A stretch of 64,000 nt of DNA from Octopus vulgaris (taxonomy: Eukaryota). Positions 40,068 through 53,610 of the stretch are shown one piece after another. The stretch lies in the NCBI GenBank assembly GCA_951406725.2, contig OX597830.1:41974001-42038000 (forward strand). The letters run 5' to 3'. The translations under genes were made by a program, and so were the position numbers. Each line of letters begins with the position of its first letter. Positions within the stretch are counted from its first letter, which is position 1. The notes under the pieces are model-generated. The model had not been told where the DNA came from. It was given only the letters and a program-made list of their open reading frames with translations, and ran no database searches.

Positions 40068-43000
40068 AGTTAAATAAATCAAAAAACAAAAACAAAAACA
40101 CCATTAGATAATTTGGAAAATGCTAGAAGTGTTATATGGAGTGCAGTGAGGTGAGGACCACTGAGTCAGTTAAGTGCAAAGCTAAATAAATACTTTAGAA
40201 AATTGTTTGGTTTTATTTCAGTTCAAATACTGATGCAGGGAGGAAAGGAAAGGGGCAGGAGAGAGGTCAAGTTGACCTTTTATCCAACAGAGCCAATACA
40301 ACCATGTTGATTGACTGCAATCCTCCTTAACGAAAACTGCTCCCCATCCCCCATTATGCCTTGCCAAAAAACATTTCAAACAAGATAACAGAAAGTAAAT
40401 ATATTTTATTTCTATTAGGAATATTTCTAGTAACCATGGTAGTTATAAAAATAAAAATGCCAACAACAGCAATAACATTGGTATAGATCCAGATTAATGG
40501 AACCAAAGTCCTAATGGATCATGCCTGACAGGCAAAATATTTGTCTTTAAACCTTCTTCCATCCCTAAATGGAAACAATGACTGTCAACTTGTAATGCAA
40601 CGAAGATAAGCAGAATGGCACCACTTCAGAAGGAAAACAGAGATGTTTTCTAGCCAATACAGGTGTTCTTCAATAAAGGGTGAATATCATGGAAATTATT
40701 TTTGTTACTTTGAGGAAAACCTGAAGAAAATAATCTCCAGAATATCATAGCAGTATCATTATGAAGAATCTGGTGAAAGTCTATGTAGGAGTGTGACCAA
40801 GAATAACTACAACAATGGGTACAGATGATGATGATGATGATGGCGGTGATGATGATGATAATGGGGGGGGGGTTAATGATTATGGTGTGGCAGTAAAGAA
40901 GATGATAATAATTGTGGTGGTAGTTTGGCTATGATGATGATGATGGTGGTAATGATGATAATGGGTGGGGGGGGAGGTAATGATGATTATGGTGTGGTGG
41001 TGAAGAAGATGATAATAAATTATGGTGGTGGTGGTGGCTATGATGATGATGATTATGGTGATGATGATGATGTGTACATGATAAAAGTGTGGTGTTGGTG
41101 ATGGCATTACATTGGATGTTGTTGAATCTCAGGTACCTGATATGATAAAACACATTTGTAATAATCAAGACATTCCAACCATGACCATCCCATCTTGTAT
41201 TTGGACACAATGTTGTATTATTTAACGTCCTACTTTTTCTTTTCTTTTTTGCTTAAGATAGCAATAGGCACAGGCATGGCTATATGCTTGCCAACCACAT
41301 GCTTTCAGGTTCAATCCCACTGCTTGGCACCTAAAGTAAGTATCCTCCACTATAGCCCTAGGTTGACCAGAGCTTTGTGAATGGATTTGGTAGAGAGAAA
41401 CTGAAAGATGCCCGTTGTGTAGAGGGGGGGAGGGGCAAAATAAATTCTAAACATAAAAAAATAAATAACAGTATTGATTTGTTTAAGTAAATCCTTCAAG
41501 GTGGTGCTCCAGTTTGGCCAGAATCCAATGACTGAAACATATAAAAGGTGAAATATAAATAGGCTGATTTTTTTTTTTAAGGGAGATTTGACTATTTCTG
41601 GCAGGTAGGGCAACTACATAAAGGTCCCTTTTTTTTGTGGCTGTTATTGTTAAACTTCAGGTCTGCACTGATTGACTGAGGGTATGATCAAAGATGTTCC
41701 AGCCATGACCATCCTGTCCTTTTTGGACATCAGAAACTACATTTCCAATGTGTGTGCGTGTGCGTGTTTTCTTTTTCAAGACAGAATATATTTGAGGTTG
41801 CTATTTCTAGCATATTGGTTGATTGCCTACAGGCTCTCTCTTTGATGTTAGTGATCATGGCAGCAGCAGCAGCAGCACCACCACCATCACCAACAGCAGC
41901 AGTATCAGCAATACTGCTGCTGCTGATGATTATGATATGATGCTGATGGTGATAATGAATGACAATGGTGATGATAGTAGCATGTGTGTCTGTCTGTTTG
42001 GTGTTGATAGTGTTTATGACAGATGCTAATAATGGTTATTGGCAGTGCTGTTGCTGCAGTTGGCAGCGGGAACAGCAGTAGAGGTGGCGGTGGTGGTGGT
42101 AGTGGTAATGGTAGAGTGTATATGTGTGTGATTGTTTGTATGTGTGCATGTGTATGTGCTTCACCACCAACACGAGTTGTTTTATCAATAGAAGAAGAAA
42201 GACAACAAAAGATTGTGTGCATGTATGCGTGCACATGGACACGTGTGTGTATGTATGTGTGCATGCGTGCGTGTGTGTGTGTGTGTGTGTGTATGCACAT
42301 GAGCTGCAAGACAGTGAATCCTTAATAAGACAAGAGGTTGGTATCAATTAAGTCAAGACTGAATCCACAAAGACAGTCTCACATTTTAAAACTGTTTAAT
42401 CACGACACAACAAAGAAAGAGTCCATTACTGATCAGAGCTGTAACTCCTATCACACACACACACACACACACACATGCATGCATACATACACATGCGCAC
42501 ATGCACACACACAAATTAGGTCAAAGACACACGGGGAAGCAATTGCAGATATTTTTCACTACATTTTCAAGTTTTCATATACATGTGAATGTACAAGTGT
42601 GCGTGTAAAAACCCAGAATTTCTTGTGAGTTTATTTTAAATAGTATTTGAAGTGTTCATTTGTGGGTGAGATGTTTGATGAGAGAGAGAGAGAGAGAGAG
42701 AGATGTTGAAACATATAAGTGATATGTAAGTATATCAGTAAATAGATAAACACACATGCGCGTACGCACACACAGCATAGAATTTTGTCCATCTTTTACG
42801 TTCTGAGTTCAAATTCCGCAGGTGGACTTAGCCTTTCATCTTTTTGTGATCGATAAAATAAGTACCAGTTGAACACTGGGGTCAATGTAATCAACTTACC
42901 TCTCCCTTAAAATTGCTGGCCTTGTGCCGAAATTTGAAATCTATATCTATAAACATACCTATACACACAGACACACACACACACACACATAGATATACAA

Positions 43001-43614
43001 ACACACACATACATACATACAGACGCAATTCTGTTATTGCAATTCATATTATTGTATAATTTGAATAATTAACTGATAATGTGTAAAATAAAATAAAATA
43101 AAATAAAGAAGAGATAAAGAAGAAAAATAAAATTGAAAACTATTTTAAGATACAAACATTTCAGAAAAATAAAAACTAAGCAAACAAGCACAAAAAACAA
43201 ACTATGTTTCTTTCAAAGTTCATATAAAATTCAAACTGAAATAACTATTTATCAGAAACAAAGAACGAAAGAAAGGATAGAAAACAGAAAAAAAAAAGCA
43301 ACAACAAAACCGAAAGAAAAAATGTCGAGTTTTCTTTCGCCTCAAAATAATTTATTCATAAAATTCTTATCCTGCTTCCATGATAACAATCAGATAAAAA
43401 TAGGAATCTTGTCAAAGCAAAATCAATAAATACTGTGATAGAACTAAGAATCAAATCATAAGAGGTTACCATTTTAGTATATGCCAATAGATTTATGGCA
43501 ACATAGAATTTCTGCATGCGAAATGTGAAATGTGAAATCATTTTACATCAGGCACCAACCACACATAGCTGGAAGAAATATCTTTAAGACCAAATAAAGA
43601 TACTAAGAAAAGAT

Positions 43615-43650
<36 letters not shown>

Positions 43651-44384
43651 TATATTTATATATATATATATATATATATATTTATTATATATATAATATT
43701 ATATATATATACATTATATATATATATTCTATATATACACACACATACACACATGCGCACAAATACACATATATACACACAAAAACACATACATACACTC
43801 ATATATATACATATATGTACATATATATACACATACATAAATACACGCATACATATACAATATCTGTACATAGAGAGAAAAATAGTTTAAGATTTTAAAA
43901 TAAAGTTAGAATTTATTCTAATTATATACTTTTGGAGTTATCATGAAGGGTTAAGCAGGACTAAAATATCAATTCTTCATTTACAATGACTAAACAAATG
44001 TGTGTGTGTGTGCATGTGTGTGGGGTAGGTGGGAGGAGGGAGGGACAGATTTTAGATACAATTTGCAGAATGGAAGTAGGAATGCTTGAAAGAAATACCA
44101 AGAGATTAATTGGCAGAGAAAAGCTGTGAAATAAACGATGATTGGTTGACTGTGAATTTGCCTCAATAATATAGATTTCTTCTAACTTTGGCACAGCACC
44201 AGAAATTAGAAAGGGAAGGGAAGAAATGAGGACAGGGTCAAATCTCCATACATTACTGGTATTTACCTTATTTTATCACCCAGGAAGGGAGAAAAATGAG
44301 AAAAGAATAACCAGTTGTGGCAGGATTTGAACTCAGTATAGAAAGGAATGTAGCTAAATACCCAAAACTTTATTGTTTCTGTTG

Positions 44385-44424
<40 letters not shown>

Positions 44425-45133
44425 CCACACACACACATACATGATGATATACATACACACACACAGAAACCAACTCCTACCCCAGGCAGGCATTGGAACA
44501 AAGCCCGATGGTTCATATTTTTCTGCTTCAAGTGGACTCGGTCAAGTTTGATACATTTGCACAGAAACAAAACTTATAAACTGGTCGGTTCAGCTTGGGC
44601 ACTGCTAAAACTTCCATTAAAATATAAGCCTGAGTTGGCCCTTTCTCTCCCACTCCCCCACCTCATGTACACTAACATGTCTTGCTTTGTCGTAAACCTT
44701 ACTAAATGCACTCCGCTCACAATCTGCACCCTACTAAGACTTCTTTCACTTCCACCATCCTCTACAACTATCTCAACTGAATATCTACCATTTTAATCCC
44801 TAAGCAGACAAGATGCCAAATGCACTTTTGCCAAAAGACAAGAAGCCGAATCAAAGAAGCCAAATGGACAAAATAATAATAATAAAAAAAAACATTCTTA
44901 CCAACATAGTTTAATGACCATTTTAGTCTGTCAAATGGTCATGTTGTTGGAATAAAATGGATTATCATATATTTTAATTTTCGTATGTCTCTTCAGTATC
45001 TTGTCTGTTCAGCTGTATGTCCATTTGGCATTGAATCCGTTTGGCATCCCGTCCATGTACCTGTTAATCACCCCTTTAATCCTTCAGATGAGGGAGGCCA
45101 TCCCCACCTCACCCACCTTTTATATATGTCCTG

Positions 45134-45252
45134 TAACAAGAATAGTTTTGACAGTAACTTTGAAGTTTTGGCCAGCTAAGTCATCATTAGACTGTTCAAT
45201 GATGGCTTAGCTGGCTGAAATTTCGAAGTCACTGTTGACATTGTTCTTGTTA
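45134..45252 (+). other. Gap-free 55-bp hairpin with 9-nt loop
   Basis: 45134-45188 pairs with 45198-45252. On the plus strand there are 44 Watson-Crick pairs, 9 G-U pairs and 2 mismatches, counted base by base. Confidence 0.85.
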
Positions 45253-45357
45253 AAGAATAATAAATTTCTACTCTGCTAAACATATTGGATAAGCCTTCAG
45301 TTTAATGTAAAACTGTTTTTATTATAACATAAAAACAAACATTAATATATGTGTGCA

Positions 45358-45406
<49 letters not shown>

Positions 45407-46094
45407 TTATCATCATCGTTAAACGATGATGATGATGATGACATATACACAACATTAATATATATATATACACACACACATATACCAGTGGAATTCTTTG
45501 TAAAGAAAAGTTGGAAAAAAAAAAGAGGTGGAAATGATAAAGTACTGTCTATAACTTGGCTCTGTTCTTAAAATTTTTCTTCACATAGAACACCATTTGA
45601 AACAAAAGGAGAACACAGAACACATCAGCCATATATACAACATTACACTAAAGCCTTCTTGCAAAGTTGATATTAATTTATCATAATCATACCTTGTTAT
45701 CAACATTAAGTGACCATCTTGTACTTAAATAGCTTATTATCAGGAAGTTATTATTAGCTTGTGCCTTAATTGGTGTATTTACTCTTTTACTACCATAGCA
45801 TTTATCACCCCCTTCCATCTAAAGAGTCTTCTATAATTATAATGAAGTTCTCAGACTATATCTTAACGATGTCTCATTACTGCCATCATTACCACCTACA
45901 TCTGGCATTGCTTATAGACATCAAAACTAAATAAATAAAATAAAATAAATTGAACTCCTTTTAACATTTTCAACTTCTTGCCAGTTTTCCTTCAAAACCA
46001 GACCTTCTTAGTTTTATCATCATAATTCAGACATATCATCTGAGCCAGCTTTCTTCAGGTTTCATTCTGCTTTGCTGTGGTTTTAGAATCAGAT

Positions 46095-46440
46095 CTCTGT
46101 TTAGATTAAGAATGGAATAAATATACAAGGCTCAGGTTTGCAATGACACTTGCTGTAACCGATTAACCCGTCAGGTACTACCCTGTCTTCCTGTGGGTTA
46201 GAGACAGATTTATGTTTAAACATAAGGATTAAGAATAGACCAGATATATAGATTTGCAACAATCAAGACCCAGATTTGCAACAACACTTGCTACAATCCA
46301 TTAACACGACTGATTAACCCATCAGGTATTATCTCATCATGCTGTGGGCTAGAGTGAGATTTATGTTTAAAGATTAAGAATAGACTAGATGTAGGTTTTC
46401 AATGACACTTGTTGCAACCAATTATTATGACTGACTGGAG
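46095..46440. repeat. Degenerate tandem repeat, unit about 125-150 bp, about 2.5 copies
   Basis: gattaagaat...tttgcaa.gacacttgct...gattaaccc.tcaggta...ctgtggg.tagag..agatttatgtttaaa recurs. Confidence 0.7.
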
Positions 46441-46689
46441 TAAGTATTTCCGTTAAAGATAAAAATACTTAGTGCTTGAGAATCTTCTCTGGTTGCCTAT
46501 ATTAAACATCTACATCGGTGGTTCTCAACCATTATTTGCCTATGGACCCCCTCTGATTCCTATTTTACTCAACAAATTTTGTCTCATCCATGTAAGCATA
46601 GAAAAGTGGATGTTAGATGAGGAGGAGGAGGAGGAAGAAGAAAATAAGAAAAATCCAATGCTTCTTGAAGACTTAGTCACAAAGATGAG

Positions 46690-47148
46690 TAACATTTTTC
46701 TGGCTTGCAGGACGGCCTGCTGTACTAACCTTGGATTGTAGAGTGACTTGCTGTTCTTGAGGAGACCTATTGAGTCAAGTACATCAACACCAACATTAAA
46801 ATAAAAATCAAATGGAAATTGTAGTTAAGATACCCATGCCGGTGACACGTAAAAAGCACCGTTCGAATGTAGCAGATGCCATTGCTGCCTGAATGGCATC
46901 CATGTCAGTGACATGTAAAAGCACCAACCGATTGTGGCCATTTTCCAGCCTCCCCTGGCCCCTGTGCTGGTGGCACGTAAAAAGCACCCACTACACTCAC
47001 GGAGTGGTTGGCATTAGGAAGGGCATCCAGCTGTAGAAACACTGCCAGATCAGACTGGAGCCAGGTGCAGCCTCCAGGCCTCCCAGACCCCGGTCGAACT
47101 GTCCAACCCATGCTAGCATGGAAAACGGATGTTAAACGATGATGATGA
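46690..47148 (+). mobile_element. Family C short retroelement with internal repeats and (GAT)n tail
   Basis: Three internal gtg(g/a)ca(c/t)gtaaaaagcacc units, then ggcattaggaagggcatccagctgtagaaac, ending gttaaacgatgatgatgat. Confidence 0.8.
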
Positions 47149-48017
47149 TAAGAAAGGGTCTTGCTCAAAATGTTAGACTTAACTTCTTAGCCTTGTGCAA
47201 AACATACAAAGACTAAAGTAGCACCATCCCAGATAATGCACAACTGGACCAGGAAATCACACACAGAATGAACAGAGCTAGTGCTTCATTTGGCAGGTTG
47301 CAGGAGAGACTAAGGAAAAATAGGCCCTTTTTTTCTGTATGAATCAAATGTAAAGTGTACCAGGCTATAGTGCTTTTGTCCCTGCTTTATGAAGCTGAAA
47401 CCTGGACAGTCTACTTTTTTCTTACAGCAAAATAATTTAGTGTGGGGATAGTGTACTTTGGACTTGTTTATCTGATGTTCCTTTCCCTCTCTTTTTGAGA
47501 CTGCTGTGTGATATGAAGGAAATTTGGCTGCTATTTCTAGCAGGTCAAACAACATTGTAGAGGTTTCCCCTCACATTGGTCTAGCAATTTGTCAGGTTGT
47601 AATCAATGAGGAGATACTGAAGGGGAAAACAAGGAAGTTTGTAAATTAAGGGAATAATTCCTTTGTGTCTGTGTCAATGTATTTGAGGAGAGGATTTCAA
47701 TAAGGATTGACAGAGGAAGAGTAGGGGTGGGGTGAGAAGAGAAATTACTTCCTCTCACTACCACCACCACCTCCTCCTCCTCTCCACAGTCACCTGGTAG
47801 TGAAAGACAATGGTAGAGAGGGAAAAGAAGAGATATGTGTAACAAAGGAGGAAGAGAGAGAGAGAGACAAAGAGAGGGAGAGAGAAAGAGAGAGGCAAAA
47901 TGAGGGGAAGAGAAGGAATTAGGGGGAAAGAGAAGGAGATAAACAGAAGATGCAAGAGAAAGCTAAATGAGAATGTTGAGAGATGAATTGAGATAAAAAG
48001 CGAGAAAATATACCTAA

Positions 48018-48054
<37 letters not shown>

Positions 48055-48067
48055 CAGGTATGCATGT

Positions 48068-48101
<34 letters not shown>

Positions 48102-48514
48102 AACTTTAATCACAACCTTTCTAGTGTTAGTATCACATTAAATGGAATATAGGGGATTAACAAGAGCTGTGAAAGATTGAGGAGATAGAAGATTAAAAAA
48201 AAAAAAATAATAATAAATAAGTAAATAAAATCATACACTGGAAGAAAATAGGTTTTTGTACAACAGTAAAGAATGGTAAAAATGGCTCAGCATATTGATT
48301 CAAAACGGTTGATAGTGGATTGGGAATGACAGAAAGGGATCAGATTTTGAGAAAAAAAAAAAAAAGAAAAAAATAATACATAGAAAAACAACAACAACAA
48401 CAGAAAAAAAACCAAACATGGGCATGTTAGAATGTTACAAGAATGTGGGACTGAAAATAGTTGAGATTTGTTCTTATTTAGACTGATAATGTGATAGAAC
48501 AAAGGCTGGCTGTG

Positions 48515-48760
48515 CACATGATAGGAGAGGCAGCAGGAAGAGCCTCTTGCTGGTCACAGAGCAAGAGAGAGGAGTTAAGGTGGTCAGCAAGAGGAGATAA
48601 GAGCAGTGATTTGGTCATCTCTGCAGACTGATCAATGGGAAGATGTTATGGTTCAGGGTTGGAACACCCAATGATTTTTGGATACCATCTGATGACTTGT
48701 TCTTCCTGACCAAAGCACCATTCACTTTGTTGAGTCGGGGTGAAAAAAAAGGCACCTCCT
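48515..48760 (+). mobile_element. Degraded 3' end of a Hero/R2-group restriction-endonuclease LINE
   Basis: Translates IGEAAGRASCWSQSKREELRW, similar to the recalled Hero C-terminus EAAERASRWLWLKR, followed by UTR-like aacacccaatga...ggatac...ctgatga. Confidence 0.5.
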
Positions 48761-49084
48761 TCTAGGTATTATCAATAACATTGCATATGACATGGAGGTC
48801 AGGTTCTTGATGTGTGTTTGTGAAAATAGGTTCAACCCTTTAGCATTCAGGTTATTCTGTCAAGTGTGCAATACTTATTTATTCATATTATTTTGAATTA
48901 ATCATACATTATCTTGCAGCTTTGAGGTATTGCTGATGCAATTGTTTATTTGTAGAATGACACTGGAGGGAAAGTGTGAAAGGCTGGATCTGGTCAGTTT
49001 GAACATGTAACACAAAGAATATTTTGGCTGGATATGACCAAGATTACTCTGTTCAATGTAATGCCTATTATTTATTTATATAAG

Positions 49085-49465
49085 CTCACTTGTGAAGACC
49101 TGTTGAGGCAAGTGAAAATCGAAATCAAAATCGATCAACATCAATGGAAATTGCAGCTGTGATACCAGTGCCGGTGTTACGTAAGAGAACCATCTGAATG
49201 TGGCCGTTGCCAGCGCCGCCCCGACTGGCCTCCGTGCCGGTGGCACGTAAAAGACACCATCCGATCGTGGCCGTTTGCCAGCCTTGTCTGGCACGTAAAA
49301 AGCACCCACTACACTCACGGAATGGTTGGCGTTAGGAAGGGCATCCAGCCGTAGAAACATTGCCAGATCAGACTGGGCCTGGTGCAGCCTTCTGGCTTCC
49401 CAGACCCCAGTTGAACCATCCAACCCATGCTAGCATGGAAAGCGGACGCTAAACGATGATGATGA
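49085..49465 (+). mobile_element. Family C short retroelement, CpG-rich young copy
   Basis: Colinear with 46690-47148, with (GAT)n tail. Confidence 0.8.
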
Positions 49466-49481
49466 AGTAATTATGAACATA

Positions 49482-50285
49482 TGTGGTCTGATCAATAAGT
49501 ATACGGACTGTTGCCATAGTAATGAATGAAGCTAAAGCACACAGAGTAAAGCCACTTGGCATATATTGGACCGTGAACTCTACTGTGCATGAGAACAAAG
49601 TTTTAATGCACTAGCTTAATTCTGCTGTTTACAATATTTGGAAGGAACGTGTGTAGTGTGTGATCGTCACATTGACTGTGACAGAGAAAGTTGAGCATAG
49701 AATCTGCATCAAATTTTGCCAAAAACTTGGTGATACCTGCTCAGAGGCCTATGCAAAGTTTTCAAAAAGTTTTCATTGTTTGCAACACAATCAAGGAGAT
49801 CTTGTACAACTGAAACCCGAGCATCTTTTTGGTCAGCTGAAAGCAGTTTTGGCACAAACTCACCAGACACGCTCTCATACCCAAATCTTCATTGATTATG
49901 GACTGAACTGAACCGTAACTAATCTGCACATCCTCTGATAACTTATGGATGGTGATTCAACAATTTCCCCTCACAGCTGCATGCACATTTGTGATGATTT
50001 TTTCAGTTCTGCTGGTTGTGGGTCTCCCAAAATGTTCATCAATATTGGCATTATTTTGGCCATCTTGGAAATATCTGAACCATTTGTACACTTATGTGGC
50101 CTCATACACTTTCTCTCCATACACTTTATGCAACTTTACGTAGACCTCTGAGCAGGTATTGCCATGACAACTTTCTCTGTTGTGGTCAATGCGACAATCA
50201 CATGCTACACATATTCCTTTCAAGCACTGCTGTAAACAGCAGAAGTGAGTTGGCAACAGTCCGGATACTTATTGATCAGACCTCG
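49482..50285. mobile_element. Non-autonomous mariner derivative made of two converging 5' ends
   Basis: TA at 49480-49481 and 50286-50287. About 35-bp TIR (c/t)g(a/t)ggtctgatcaataagtat(c/a)cggactgttgcca. Plus arm encodes EKVEHRICIKFCQKLGDTCSEAYAK. Minus arm encodes YKWFRYFQDG..GRPTTSRTE..FVPKLLSADQK..ENFLKTL. Confidence 0.85.
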
Positions 50286-51819
50286 TACATTATCTTGTAG
50301 CTTCAAGGTTTTGTGATGTGATTGTTTATTTTTAGAATGACATTGTAGGATAGGTGCGAGAAGTGCAATCTGGCTGGTTTGAAAACAAAACGTACAATAT
50401 TAGGGCTGGATATGGCCAGTTTAAATGCTGAAGGTTTCAGGTCTAATTTTTTGAATGGAACAATTTTGTGTCACTAGTAGAGTTAGAAGACAAAGAATAT
50501 AAACATCACAATTTAATATTTTCTTCATAGAGCAAAAAAAAATAATCACATAACAAATTATAACCATCACCATTATCATCATCATCATTTAACATCCACT
50601 CTTCCATGCATGCAAAATTTGCTGAAGCACCTTTTCTATGGTTGGATGCCCTTCCCATCACCAGTCTTCCCAGTCTCTAGGCAGGGTAATATCTCTCCAT
50701 GACTAGACATGTCTTTCATGGAAGACAGGAAACAAATCAACTTCACTTGTACGACACACACACACACACACACAAAATCAGAGAAATGGCAGAATTTGTA
50801 GAATGTCAGACAAAGTACTTGTGTGTTTCTATTCTCTGAGTTCAAATCCAGTTGAGAGTTGCGTTCAACTTTGCTTTTTATCCTTCTGTGATGGATAAAC
50901 ATAACCTATGTGAGTGAAATATCTAAGCATGCTTGGATAAAACAAAATGAATGATTTGCAAGATATTTGACACTTTGTGAGTTGGAATCAACTCAGAAAC
51001 TGTCAGATCTCTTAGAGAATTTTCCACTTTGTTGCAGCCAAACATGCTTAAATATTTCACAAATGCAGATTCTACACTTGTTAGAAGAGGTAATTTTCAA
51101 GGTTTTTAATGTGAAAAGTCACCATTTTTACAAATGCTATACATGTTAGGTTTGAAATTGTGTCTCATACAGTCTAACTAAATGTCAAATTTCTTCAGAA
51201 TTATTGACTTGGGTGCTTCAAAAGTGGCAGTAAATTAATCTGGATAAATTTATATGCTGCAATGGAGATATAAATTTTGTCATTTCAGGTAATTTACTTC
51301 CTCAGAGGGGGGGGGGGAAAGAAATCTTGTTTGAAAGACCCCTTCCTCCTGAATTGTTAGACTTCACATTTCCCCACAAGACCGTGTGCTTTGCTCAGAT
51401 TGGTAAACCTTACTTATTCAATTGTTTCCTATCGTCTCTGGTTCTTATTTAACGCTAGCAGTCACATCCAGCATAGACTGGTTGCTTATACATAAACAGT
51501 TTTTCCTTTTATTAAATTAAAATGTCTTATAGCAAAATTTTATGAAGTTTTTTTTTTTGGTTAGTCATTGTTGCCATCCTTTAACATCCATTTTCCATGC
51601 TTGCATGGATTGGATGATCCGATAGGAGTTAGCAAGCCAGAGGACTGTGCCAAACCTAACTGTCTGATTTGGCATGGTTTCTGTGACTGAACACCTTTCC
51701 TAACACCAATCACTTTACAGAGTGTACTGGGTGCTTTTTACACGGCACCAGCACCAGTGAGGTCACCTTGTGAGGCAAGACCTCTCAACCGAGGAGGTGG
51801 AAATAATATTGAGAGAGGT

Positions 51820-51853
51820 GCGGGAGACCGGGGTTTGATTCCCCGCCGGGGAG
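51820..51853 (+). pseudogene. 3' half of tRNA-Asp(GTC), fused upstream of a SINE A body
   Basis: gcgggagaccggggtttgattccccgccggggag differs at 2 of 34 positions from the recalled metazoan tRNA-Asp 3' half GCGGGAGACCGGGGTTCGATTCCCCGACGGGGAG. No 5' half and no CCA. Confidence 0.85.
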
Positions 51854-51864
51854 GCATCTTAACC

Positions 51865-52014
51865 TTCCGCCGAGGTCGACTTTGCCTTTCATCCTTTCGG
51901 GGTCAATAAATTAAGTACCAGTTACGCACTGGGGTCGATATAATCGACTTAATCCGTTTGTCTGACCTTGTTTGTCCCCTCTGTGTTTAGCCCCTTGTGG
52001 GTAGTAAAGAAATA
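51865..52014 (+). mobile_element. SINE family A body (long-tail variant) lacking its own head
   Basis: Starts ttccgccgaggtcgactttgcc and is colinear with the copy at 36489-36717 through gggtagtaaagaaata. Confidence 0.85.
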
Positions 52015-52284
52015 ATATATTTTTATCTTAATGCATATTCTCTAAAGTTGAAATATTTCCAGGTTTTTATGATGTGAAGAGCTTTGGAGGAGGCTGTGTT
52101 AATTGTTCATTTTAATTTTGGGACTAAAATAACCTACATTTTTTTTTACTTTGTCAATTTTCTAGTAAATTCTAAATTAATATGTAACACATGAATAAAA
52201 AATATATAGTGTGTCTCTAGTAGGGTCTTTTCATAGAACACTACTAGAAAGAACTTCTCTATGGTAATTTATCACCATTATCCC

Positions 52285-52536
52285 ATGTCATCAAAGAACA
52301 GGATTCATTGGACATTGTTGGAGAGCAAAGGACAAAATCATCAGCGACATTCTTCTGTGGGGACCAAAGCATGGTTATGCAAATGTTCACAGATCACACT
52401 GAACCTACATAAAACAATTGTGCAAGGACTCTGAGTGCACCTGAGAAGATCTACCACATGTAATGGCAGACCAAACAGACAGAAGAGAATGAGTCACAGC
52501 AATCCATGCAATAAGCACAACTGGATGATAATGATG
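52285..52536 (+). mobile_element. RTE-clade LINE 3' fragment with stops
   Basis: Translates FIGHCWRAKDKIISDILLWGPKHG...TYIKQLCKDSECT*EDLPHVMAD, a typical RTE ORF C-terminus, with a (GAT)-like tail. Confidence 0.75.
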
Positions 52537-53571
52537 TCTGTCTAATGTTTTGCATTCCTTCTTCATAAAGAAATTCTTTCACCATCCAGTTCTTCTGTTT
52601 TGCTCTCAGCTGTTTTAAGTCAAGTTTATTGTTGTACATTTTCTTCCTTCCTGTCACTGTATACCAAAACACAATTATAATGTCATCTATCTATCTATCT
52701 CCAGCTTTCTCCTCATCCTGTTATATTTTTGTCCTTATAAATCTCTCAGTTTCCCCTTTCTTCCCTTCTTACTCTTGGCTAAACCACAATATTTTTTTAC
52801 TGACTTTGGGTTGTTTTTTATACTTAATCCTTTATCTTTCACTTCTTAAAGTTGGCCATGCAGGGTCATCACCTTAAAGGGCTTAGTCAAACAAATCAAC
52901 CCCAGTACTTATTCTAATGGTCTCTTTTTGCTGAACCACTAAGTTATGGGAACATAAACAAACCAAGACTGGTTGCCAAGCAGTGGTGGGGGACAAACAA
53001 ACACAAACACATGTATGATGGGCTTCTTTCAGTTTCTGTTAACCAAATCCACTCACAAGGCTTTGGTCAGCCTGGGGCTATAATAGAAGCCACCTATCCA
53101 AGATGCCCTATAGTGGGACTGAACCCAGGACCATGTAGTTGGGAAGCAAGCTTCTTACCACACAGCCACACCCATGTATGTATATGTATATATGAGGGAA
53201 AGATCCTGGCTTTGGGTAACAGAAAATACAGGAGGACCAGTTATGATTTTACTCCACATATTCCCCTTCCATGCATTAGATTCACAAACTCATTGCAGTG
53301 GTCCTTCAGCTTTTTCTCAGCCCTGTAGAAGAACTTGGGAGGTTGAGCCTCTAACCAGGCCTTTCACTATACCCTTAGAGACAGGAACTTTTCAGCCCGC
53401 CGTTATATGTATATATGTATGTAAATATATATAGGCACAGGAGTGCATGGTTCTGGGTTCAGTCCTTCGGTGTTGTACCATGGGCAAAATTCTTCTACTG
53501 TAGCCTCGGGCTGACCAAAGCCTTGTGAGTGGATTTAGTAGACAGAAGCTGAAAGAAGCCCATTGTGTATG

Positions 53572-53610
<39 letters not shown>

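Noticed and set aside
40820-41100. His-rich or Ile/Thr-rich ORFs
   Set aside because: Products of (GAT/GGT)n trinucleotide repeats with a local duplication of about 100 bp, and no splice signals.
44317-44796. 159-aa plus-strand ORF
   Set aside because: Starts in a degraded SINE A, crosses a (TA)n/(CA)n tract and has no recognisable domain or exon boundaries.
51800-52018. gaaataatat on both sides of the tRNA/SINE chimera as a TSD
   Set aside because: The left copy is 10 nt away from the junction and the right copy overlaps the normal SINE end (aagaaata), so coincidence is likely.
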